Source: a virus
Virus record (IMG/VR): IMGVR_UViG_3300037722_001025
Location: 29,022 to 93,021 of that record
DNA length: 64,000 nt
Strand: one strand, 5' to 3'
Shown here: one piece after another, positions 21,191-29,803 of the stretch
Numbering within the stretch: the first letter of the stretch is position 1
Layout of the letters: every line of letters begins with the position of its first letter
Position numbers and translations under genes: made by a program
Notes under the pieces: generated by a model
What the model was told of the DNA's origin: nothing
The model's database searches: none
Seen by the model: the letters and a program-made list of their open reading frames with translations, nothing else

Positions 21191-21838
21191 AGATTATACT
21201 CCTTCTTTTAAAGCGAGGGTAGATACTTCTTTAATCACCGCAGTTTCGGCAGACATGCCATACCCTGCGTCCGAATAAGTGTCGATGAATTTCTGGGCAA
21301 TAGGTTTGGAGTTGAATTTCAGGACATACTTAGGATCCTTAGTGATCTGAACACACTGATGGGCTCTTGAGAAACCACGCACTTTGCCGCATGGTAATTC
21401 GATGTAGAATGGCATCCTCTTTGTTCCTCTCTTGTTTGGGTTGACTCTTCGAATCTGGGCTGGATATACTCCAGCCCATCTTCCAAAAATCAGTCATCCT
21501 GAGTGATCATTCTCGTGGGTGCAAGTGCGATCTGGGAAAACACCGTGTTGTGGAAAGGACAGTTGTAGACGCAAACCTCGAAAACGGTATCCTCAGGCCA
21601 TTCTTGATTCCAGACAGTAGTTTCGGTAATTTCGGTGACAATCACATTCTTGGTGAAATGAGAAGGAATGGCAATTACGGTATCCGTCTTTGAGAGATAA
21701 AACCCAGGACCGTTGAACGCCACGTTCAATTCTTTTTCAAACTGTTTCTTGGTCATGAACTGTCGCCAATCTGGCAATAGTTGGTGCATAACTACTACTC
21801 CTTCTTTCGAGGGTTGGTGTTGCTGATCTGCTATCTAT

Positions 21839-21868
21839 ATAATAGCAAAAATACAGTACCTTGCAAGC
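21839..21868 (-). promoter_or_regulatory. Conserved phage sigma70-like promoter
   Basis: GCTTGCAA-N16-TATTAT with TG extension. Confidence 0.75.
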
Positions 21869-22903
21869 GAAAAACTATCATTTGTACCCCTCCCAATGAA
21901 ATAATTTACCCTCTTTTAGCCTATGATCTTACCGAAATTGTAAGACATTTTGAATGACCGACCCGCTTTCAGATATCGATCTATGAGCCAAGTGTATTGG
22001 GAATTAACGCCTTCAGGTAACGGCTCTAAATCTTCGTCAAGAAAGACGATAGCTTGGTGACCCATATTCTGGCATTTTACGATTTCAGCGAGAGCTGAGT
22101 GGATATTCAGTCCAGAAACCCAAGTCTCTCGTTTCACTCGACCAGGTACGTAGTGAACAACATTCAACCTGGATCCGAATTCATCGAATTCTTCTTGAAC
22201 CTGGGCTTTGGGGATCTTGTATGCACGGCGTTTCATTTCGGATTCCTTTCAAGGGCTTTTTCGTAAGAGAATATCATCCAGAACCAATTCTTTGTCTTTA
22301 CTGAATATTGCAGCAAATATGGAACTTGCTGCAATTGCGAGTACAGGACTGATACTCACCACTCTCTCAAGAGCTTTCTCGTAAGAGATGACTCCACCAG
22401 GAAGACCAGATTCAAGGTCAGATTCGAGGATCTCAGTTAAGAGGACAGGGTAAGCAGTTTTTCCAGTCTTCTTGAGGAGTTTTGTTCTTGCAAGCGAACG
22501 GACAGCAGAGGGAGGATATTTGTCGGGATTCTCTCCGGTCCATTCGTCAAGCTGTCCGTTTACAATGATGGTTACATACTTGTTCCGAAGCATAAATTCC
22601 TCCTTTAGTCGTTTTTGATTTCGATTACGGGACACCCATGATGGACAGAAACACCAGTCATACTGGGGTATGTCTGCATCATGTATTGGATAAACGTTTT
22701 AGGGAAACGCCCCATATACTTGATTCGAATCAAGGTGTAGGTAGAAGCTCCAGGACCAAAAGTAAATTGTTTGTCAGTACAAACAACTTCTCCTTGTTGG
22801 GTCAGCATGATTTTGAGGATTTGCTCGTCGCTGGTCATACTCGTTTTCTTCATAACGGTTCTCACTTTCTCTGAGGGTTGATAAGATATTCTTTAGTATT
22901 ATG

Positions 22904-22933
22904 ATAATAACATCGGCATATATACCTACAAGT
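22904..22933 (-). promoter_or_regulatory. Variant of the conserved promoter
   Basis: ACTTGTAG-N16-TATTAT with TG extension. Confidence 0.6.
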
Positions 22934-23227
22934 GAAAATATCAGAGGTGTTTATTTTTCTTTTCCGAAGTTTCACATTCGGATGGTTATGGTTACCTACG
23001 GCCCAACCTAAATAATTTCAAGGATCTACCTTATAGGTAATTATCACGGCAGGCTCCTGGTGGTCAGAAGGCAATACAAAGCCCAAAGGAATGGGGAGAA
23101 CTCTCGTCCTCCCCTAATGAATCAGACTTTCTTCAGTGCGGCAGCCAGGATTCGTTTCTGTCGCCGATTGATCGGAAGCTTCTGCTGTTGACGTTCTTCG
23201 ATGGCTTCAGCCAGTTTCAGCACCTTC

Positions 23228-23524
23228 TTACTCAGTTTCATTTGATCCTCCTCTGTGGATGATAGATTCGATTTCTTCGTCGGTCAACTTCTCTAGGTCA
23301 GACTGTCTTACATCTGGATAACCTTCTTTTTCAACACAATTACATCTGGGACAGGACAGTTCACTCTTGTGGTGAATAAACTCGATAGGAAAACAACAGT
23401 CACACTCCCAGAACAGGGGATTAGTATAAAAACCCTTTCTTTTATGGGAGATTCCACATATTGAACACATTGTAGAATTTCCAGGATGAAAATCTAACTT
23501 CTTGCTATAGAATTCCTTTTTCAT
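23228..23524 (-). CDS. Zinc-ribbon hypothetical protein, paralogue of 13353-13664
   Basis: FYTNPLFWECDC...CPRC...EGYPD...LTDEEIE. Confidence 0.65.
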   Translation of the reverse strand: MKKEFYSKKLDFHPGNSTMCSICGISHKRKGFYTNPLFWECDCCFPIEFIHHKSELSCPRCNCVEKEGYPDVRQSDLEKLTDEEIESIIHRGGSNETE

Positions 23525-24826
23525 GATTTCTCCTTACACCGTGTTGATTTCGAAGAGAACAGCCATCATCAGGGTCAAGATCAATAAGATCAGTATCCAG
23601 GCGAGTCGGATATTCTCCTGACGATCTTGCTCCTTGTCGCCCAACTGTTTCTCAAGAAAACGCTCTTCCATGATTATTTTCCTTTCTTTGTGTGAACTGC
23701 CCTATGACCTGACACCCATCCTAATTCCCACTCTTTCCACTCTTTACTATATTTTTTATAAGGGTTAATTGCTTCATAACCATCATTTACCCATCCCTCC
23801 CATCCATCCTTATACGCTTTGTTTATTGCTTTTTCCATAAATGGATTCCTTCCTTAGTTATTCAATCTTTTTACCACACATAGCACAAGTTATATGTGGT
23901 CCCACTTTGGTTTCAAAATAGTGTTTACATGTCGTCTCCCCAAATAGAATATTCTGATCTAATACTATTATGCATAGGTATCAGATACTTTCAAGTAAAA
24001 ATCAAGAGGAATACAAATAATTTGACCTACAGGGGGTTTTCTCTCAGAGCGTGAAGAGATAGAGTATGAGGGTGTATTTACCGCTCTCAGATTTGCTCTC
24101 TCCGCTGTTCCAAATGCTCTTGTGTCGATTCGTACAATGAGAGATTCAACGTTGGTGCCGACGAGATTTGAAAAGCCTAGGGACCGCCTAGATTATATAA
24201 TAAGGAAGGGAGCCTATACCGACTCCCTTCAATGTTTATTCAAATTCAACGCAAGAGGAGGCACGATCGAAGGCGAAAATGATTTCAATCTCGACGCTTC
24301 CGGGAGCCCAGGTCCATTTGCAGACAATGAAACCACCACTTGAACTGCGGGTATTATCCCGATCACTTGCCATCACCGAATTAAACAGGTCACCGACAGT
24401 GGCTTTCAGTTCGGCGACGGAAGGAAACCCATTGGGGTCCTCGACGCCAATCCATGTACGGTTGGTTGCTTTCATGTGCTCCGCAATCTTTTCGTAATCG
24501 ATGCGGGCATTGGCTCGAAGAAATGCTTGGTACATAGAAACCTCCGTTGTGAAAGTTACCTGCGGAAAAGAATGTTACAACACCACAACAACCACACCAG
24601 GTGTATTGTGAAGAGTCCGAGTCCGACAACGTTGATTAACAGCATGTTAACCTCCCTTAGGTTGATTTGTATTCTTCCAGAAAAGCTTGCTCCAGTTTCT
24701 GGATCGTTTCTTCATCAGTTATGAGGTATTTCTCCTCAGCATTCACCCATCTACCTGCACAACGATAGAATAGACGACCGTGGAACTTGAGATATTCTTT
24801 TTGCTGGCGTCGGTTAAGTGTCGGTT

Positions 24827-25369
24827 TCATATGTAGTCACTCGGAGAACCGTAAGGATCTTCGTGGTATTCATTATACACGGTAGCATCGAAGGTGTCGA
24901 AAGTTTCCTTCTTGATGAACTGCCCACAAGACAGAAATTCATCGATCATAGATTCAGCTTGTTCACCTACTCCGTGAAGCCAGCCATCTTCTTTCTCACT
25001 GTCCCAGATGAATTCGTATTCCTCACCGGATTTAGCGGTGATTCGAAGTATTGTGACCCAGCAGGGAATGTCGATGACCACTTTGTAAGCATTGGGTCGA
25101 AGGTTATCTAGAGCATCATCGGTACAAGAACAACGACCGTCCTTGACAATATCACCACAGCCAGAATCAATCCCATCAGGATCATCTTCCCAATTATACC
25201 AGCAGACGGTGCCGTCGGGCCGGGGAGGTGTCTCTTCGAAACCTTGTTCCAGCATAATGTAGCCTGTCCAGATATCTTGCTGGGTAGGATCGGCAGGATT
25301 GAACGTCCGACTCTCATGGGTTCCGATGTTTTTCAGAATGTTTTGGAGATAACTCAGATTCTTGGACAT
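24827..25369 (-). CDS. Acidic hypothetical early protein
   Basis: 180-aa Asp/Glu-rich ORF with AAAGGA RBS. Confidence 0.55.
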   Translation of the reverse strand: MSKNLSYLQNILKNIGTHESRTFNPADPTQQDIWTGYIMLEQGFEETPPRPDGTVCWYNWEDDPDGIDSGCGDIVKDGRCSCTDDALDNLRPNAYKVVIDIPCWVTILRITAKSGEEYEFIWDSEKEDGWLHGVGEQAESMIDEFLSCGQFIKKETFDTFDATVYNEYHEDPYGSPSDYI

Positions 25370-25560
25370 AACAGTGATCCTTTCATCTTCTAGAGGAAAA
25401 AGAAAACATCTCTTTACATTGTTATGATATCAGAGGCAGCTATCACCGCAACAATAAAAGCGAGGTGACAGCATTTTTCTCAGCCTTACAAAACAGTGAA
25501 ATGAAACGTTATATAGAGTAGATACCAGGTCAAACAAAATGATGCAACCACACAATATTG

Positions 25561-25588
25561 TTGATATCCTTGTAAATCGTGCTATAAT
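25561..25588 (+). promoter_or_regulatory. Plus-strand sigma70-like promoter
   Basis: TTGATA-N16-TATAAT with TG extension, upstream of 25636. Confidence 0.7.
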
Positions 25589-25635
25589 CAAAACAGTAGA
25601 AGAGACACAACTAACCACGAAGGGAGACAAGGATC

Positions 25636-25824
25636 ATGGGACAGAAAGAAATTGATACTTACAAGGCTATAGGATACACGGAAGAACAAGCCAACCTCCT
25701 TGACAAGATCGATGATTGCTTCGAGGAAGCTGTCAAGCTGGATATGTTGACAGGTGATGAAGCAGAGGAAATTGGCAGATTCTGCGGCAAGATCATGGGT
25801 CCCAGGCTGCTCACCAAGCAATAA
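25636..25824 (+). CDS. Small hypothetical protein (counter-oriented island)
   Basis: RBS plus ATGGGACAGAAA start, after the promoter. Confidence 0.6.
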   Translation: MGQKEIDTYKAIGYTEEQANLLDKIDDCFEEAVKLDMLTGDEAEEIGRFCGKIMGPRLLTKQ

Positions 25825-25838
25825 GAAAGGATAAGAAC

Positions 25839-26087
25839 ATGGGACAGAAAAGGATAAACAAATTAGGGGTGGATTGTGAAACTCATGATAAAAAAGAATT
25901 AATTGGTAGGTTAGGTAAATTAAAAACAACAGTTACGGTTGAAGATGGTGGAATGTACCATCAGGATAAAGAATATTCTCAAATATGGATAGATACAACG
26001 ATGACGGAAGAAGAATTGGATTGTTGGCTTTTTGAAACCAAATTTAAAGACGCTATTCCAATAGGTGTATTTGTCAGGAAAGGATAA
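25839..26087 (+). CDS. Small hypothetical protein (counter-oriented island)
   Basis: RBS plus ATGGGACAGAAA start. Confidence 0.6.
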   Translation: MGQKRINKLGVDCETHDKKELIGRLGKLKTTVTVEDGGMYHQDKEYSQIWIDTTMTEEELDCWLFETKFKDAIPIGVFVRKG

Positions 26088-27138
26088 GGACATGTTGGTA
26101 TGTTCTCAATGCGGAAACACCGAGTTTATTATAACCATAGAGGATAAGGTATTCATAACCGATCTCCTTTTCACCTCTGATAAGAAAAAAGAGATCAGAG
26201 AGGTGGTAGTGGTCACCTGATCAAAATGCAACAGAGAGGAGGATATTGCGGAAGACGGAGAATTGAAGAATTCCTTTCTTGCTAGGATTTAAGAAAATGT
26301 GAGAACAAACAGGGGAACAAGTAGAAGGAGGAATCCACAGGAAAATAAAAAAATTTCAAAACAAACACTCAAACAACCTAGTATACCTACCTTCTTGTAC
26401 TACCCCTGTATGCAAGAGATGAGACTAGAGTATAAGTATACCTATGGGTGGTAAGGTAGTAAGGTATGGGTACTTAGGATATCAAGGCTTTATTGATGGA
26501 TACCAAGGCTTAAATTCTTAACAGGCTTCGACAGGTATCTAATGGAAACACTGGAATTTTCTTCAACAGGTGCTCCTGCCTCCACATATTACATTCGTTA
26601 CGCGCCTACCTGAGGAATAATCTCACATTCGGGGCTATGCGGTCACTCAAGGATATTCGGTAGCGGCTCCTAGGAAGGAGAACGGATATCACACATTCGG
26701 GCGGTCATCGGGACCCTCGGAGCCGCCTGGAGTCCTCCAAGGAGCCACCACCCATTTATATAACATGGAGGTCTCCAGGCGGTGCCTTGGCGGTCAGAAG
26801 GAAGGAGCTATCCTTACACGTTGCTTCTTACATACTCTCAGAGACTTGTCAGACAGGTGGCACCTTGGAGGTCAGGAGGAAGGAGGAGTCCAAAGGAAAA
26901 CCCGGCCTACTGCACCGAGTTCCTTATAGGATATCAGATCAGAGGTCTATCTCAAAGAACGAGGTGCATTCCTCATCCTCTTCAACTTCTTTCAGCTCAG
27001 GGACAGGGGCATAAACAGGGACTCGGTATTCCTCACTTTGCTCACGTTCCTGACGAAAGCGTTTATTCATCTCATCATAGAAGGAACCCGGCACAGGCGT
27101 ACCATCTTCGAATGTAGTAGGGATGTCAGAATAGTCGG

Positions 27139-27354
27139 TCATGACGGGATTCCTTTCTTCTGATTTCTTTGCTCTTCCCGAGCCATGAACTGCATGGTAT
27201 CAAGAGCATCTTGTTTGTCATCGGTGTAGTAGGTGCGATCTTCTTGGTATTTACCGTTAACATACACCTTGATGGAATGTTCATCAAATTCTGTATCATA
27301 GTGGTATAGAAACCTCACATTACCGACAACAATCTTTGCTTTCGTAGAAGCCAT
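27139..27354 (-). CDS. Small hypothetical early protein (MASTKAK...)
   Basis: AAGGAG RBS inside the 43-bp repeat. Confidence 0.6.
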   Translation of the reverse strand: MASTKAKIVVGNVRFLYHYDTEFDEHSIKVYVNGKYQEDRTYYTDDKQDALDTMQFMAREEQRNQKKGIPS

Positions 27355-27642
27355 AACGTTCTCCTTAGGAAAGAGTGATCCGGTGGAAGTGACCTCCCGT
27401 CGTGATTTGTACATACTACATTTCACCTTCCTGTAATTTCATTTATACTCCTCAATAAAAGTGTAGCAGATCGGACAGCACAACCCAAAGGAACGAATGC
27501 TAAGCGGTGGACGTATAAGCTGATCGCGCTTGGTAAACGTTTTACAATTAGGGCAGGTAACGGAGTCCTCGTTCGCGTTATCTGAATCGATCGGTAATTT
27601 AGAAGCCATAACGTTCTCCTTAAGAAAGAGTGATCCGGTGGA
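27345..27642. repeat. 43-bp direct repeat (27345-27387 and 27600-27642, 1 mismatch) containing RBS and start codon
   Basis: Minus strand TCCACCGGATCACTCTTTC(C/T)TAAGGAGAACGTTATGGCTTCTA occurs twice. Confidence 0.9.
27439..27609 (-). CDS. 56-aa zinc-finger protein (below the ORF-track cutoff)
   Basis: MASKLP...TCPNCK...CCPIC; RBS in the second repeat copy. Confidence 0.55.
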   Translation of the reverse strand: MASKLPIDSDNANEDSVTCPNCKTFTKRDQLIRPPLSIRSFGLCCPICYTFIEEYK

Positions 27643-28036
27643 TGTTCAAGTAACAGACATAAGACAGACCCATCAAGGCAACAACTTCATTGTACTGTTT
27701 GACAGTACGTGGGTTAACTTTACCATGTTTGCAACGCAACAGAGCTTTCGAGTAATTGGGACATGCGGAGCAGTTCATGAGGGATTCTCCTTGCTGTTGA
27801 TAACTTCATGATAAATTTGAGCAGCCACAGCGTAAGAACAATTGCCTAGGCGCATGATGAATTGAATCTTTAGATTTCTTAGATCTATGGCTTCAACAAA
27901 TCTTTTGTCTTCATCTGTCATTTGTCAACTCCTTGTCAGTGTTCACGGTGAAAACTTCTTTTACAGTATCAGTATAGCAAAGGTATTTGCTCCTGTCACA
28001 AATAAGTTGATTCCACTGCATTTTTATTCGCCAGCT

Positions 28037-28262
28037 GGCATTCGGAGCCATGCGGTGTAGGTGGGAAGGTTTCACATTCCCACGGGCGGCTCCAGGCATT
28101 CGGAAGGACACGGCCACATTCCCAACCTCACATTCCCACGGACGGCTCCACATTCCCACGGGCACGGCTGGTGGACCCGAGGCTCACATTCCCACGGGCA
28201 TCTCCTCGGGTCCACCGCTCCACACGGCTCCTCCTAGGGTGGCGGCTCCTCGGAGGACATTC
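28037..28262. repeat. GC-rich block of CACATTCCCACGG / CGGCTCC repeats with hairpins
   Basis: CACATTCCCACGG at 28073, 28129, 28149, 28185 (partial at 28115); CGGCTCC x4; 13-bp stem 28170-28182/28204-28216. Confidence 0.85.
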
Positions 28263-28523
28263 AGGCGTTGGCGGTGTAGAGGTACAGTATTCAAAGGAAT
28301 GGCCCCGGAGCAGGCCCGGGGCGAGGGAAAGGGTTCTAGGTGAGGCACTTCAGCAGTGCCAGCAATACGACGAATGCAGATATATGATTAATCATATATC
28401 ACGTCATATCAGTGAAGCAAGAAAAACAAAAAGAGCAGTCTGCAACGAGCACAGAACGAAACAAACAAGCTTGTTTTTGAGAGATTCTTTGCATGTAGTG
28501 ACTTGCATAATTATCATCTTTCT

Positions 28524-28563
28524 ATGCTTGCAAGCTTGATATGTGAATCAAGCTTGCAAGCAT
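28524..28563. repeat. Perfect 17-bp inverted repeat just downstream of the GG/CC-free gene
   Basis: ATGCTTGCAAGCTTGAT-ATGTGA-ATCAAGCTTGCAAGCAT. Confidence 0.85.
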
Positions 28564-28572
28564 CAGATTGTT

Positions 28573-29067
28573 TTATTCAGCGACGACGAACTTGAAACGC
28601 TTGTTATCAGAAGTATCAGTCACACGTTTTGCATGTGTACAGTTTTTCATGATGTAAACGCAGTGTGACTTGATACGTGCTTCTGAACATTCTGTAATTT
28701 TCATCAGCTCTTTCATGCTGTGAAATTCTTCAAGCGCGCGATCAATACGATAATTCTGTCGAGTGCTTTCGAGAAGTCTGCAAAACTTCGAAGTCGTTGA
28801 AGTCGACGCAGATTGATTTCTTTTCACTTGTGCATTGTCAATCATGCGTTGCTCGATAGCTTGCACTTGCTCTTCACGAGTCATGCAAGCAAACTGTTCA
28901 GCGTCGATGTTGAGCAGTTGAGCATGATTTTTTCTGTCGAGTGCTTGAGTATCATAAGCTTGATTCATCTTGAGTGCTTCACTGTGAATCAGATACGAAG
29001 TGATCTTGCAGTGAGCTGAAAGCTTGACAGTCTTCTGAGTGTTGTTCTTTTTAGATTGCTTTTTCAT
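28573..29067 (-). CDS. Gly/Pro/Trp-free early protein with a C-terminal winged-HTH-like domain (164 aa from MKKQSKK)
   Basis: Own promoter at 29128-29157, GAGAGAG-type RBS, clear C-terminal similarity to 19050-19802. Confidence 0.8.
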   Translation of the reverse strand: MKKQSKKNNTQKTVKLSAHCKITSYLIHSEALKMNQAYDTQALDRKNHAQLLNIDAEQFACMTREEQVQAIEQRMIDNAQVKRNQSASTSTTSKFCRLLESTRQNYRIDRALEEFHSMKELMKITECSEARIKSHCVYIMKNCTHAKRVTDTSDNKRFKFVVAE

Positions 29068-29127
29068 TAACAATCTTCTTTCTCTCTCATTAATGAGAGC
29101 TGATTGAAGCATCATTGCTTCATTATC

Positions 29128-29157
29128 AATATAGCATAGTGCAAGCTATGTGCAAGC
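29128..29157 (-). promoter_or_regulatory. Conserved phage sigma70-like promoter (first promoter of the early arm)
   Basis: GCTTGCAC-N16-TATATT with TG extension. Confidence 0.75.
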
Positions 29158-29200
29158 AAACAAATCATTTTTTTCAGAAAAAGAGCAAATCGATTTAAGA

Positions 29201-29306
29201 GCTGTTTTTGTGCGAAATAGAGCTATTTCTAGAAAAGCATAGCAACTCAAGCACATATCACTAATGAGAGCTTAAATTGCTGTTTTTGTGCGAAATAGAG
29301 CTATTT
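29201..29306. repeat. 28-bp perfect direct repeat (29201-29228, 29279-29306) with internal palindrome
   Basis: GCTGTTTTTGTGCGAAATAGAGCTATTT x2; AAATAG-AG-CTATTT palindrome. Confidence 0.9.
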
Positions 29307-29497
29307 TGTGATTTGAGATAGAATCTTTTTTTCACTGCTGAGATCAATCGTAGTTATCATATACAAGCAGATCACGGGATTATATTTGCTTAATAAATAT
29401 AAAAATGTAATGATTTCAAGTACTTAGCCCCCCTCGATCTATCTTCATTAGAAGATTTTTTGATGTGAACGTAGGACCCAACCATAATTTTTTCCAT

Positions 29498-29581
29498 ATT
29501 TACGGAAGTTGGTCACCTTTCCTCTTAAAAGCTCAGTAATTATCATAAATTTACAGAAGTTGGTCACCTTTCCTCTTAAAA
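29498..29581. repeat. 33-bp direct repeat (29498-29530, 29549-29581, 1 mismatch) upstream of terS
   Basis: ATTTAC(G/A)GAAGTTGGTCACCTTTCCTCTTAAAA x2. Confidence 0.9.
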
Positions 29582-29803
29582 TCGCTGATATCTGCCAACT
29601 GTTATCTGGTATCTGAAATCTGCCTCCCTATACAGGTACAAAAATATCGCCGACTCAGATTTCGAATTTATAGCAAAGGTAAGTGTATCGCCTCGAAGCC
29701 CCAACTGTAGGCATTAGCAGAATTCCCAGGTAAAAAGAGCCAAAATAAATATGCTTGACATACATTACAGAACCATAATAGGATGAACCAAAAGGAGGAT
29801 AAA

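Larger units (their letters stand above)
28361..29375. other. 1015-bp segment with no GG or CC dinucleotide
   Basis: Read line by line: last CC at 28359-28360, next GG at 29376-29377. Confidence 0.95.

Noticed and set aside
28037-28262. CRISPR array
   Set aside because: Repeats are only 13 bp, irregularly spaced, without unique spacers of constant length; no cas genes in the window
27911-28539. ORFs 27911-28165, 28050-28343 and 28171-28539
   Set aside because: They run through GC-rich repeats, lack an RBS and have low-complexity translations; probably spurious
28361-29375. Sequencing artefact (homopolymer collapse) as the cause of GG/CC absence
   Set aside because: A and T runs are intact, the ORF is uninterrupted and keeps similarity to its paralogue, and the promoter keeps the exact 16-bp spacing
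29498-29581. Mini-CRISPR array
   Set aside because: Only two copies, separated by 18 bp, which is too short for a spacer; position favours packaging or regulatory sites
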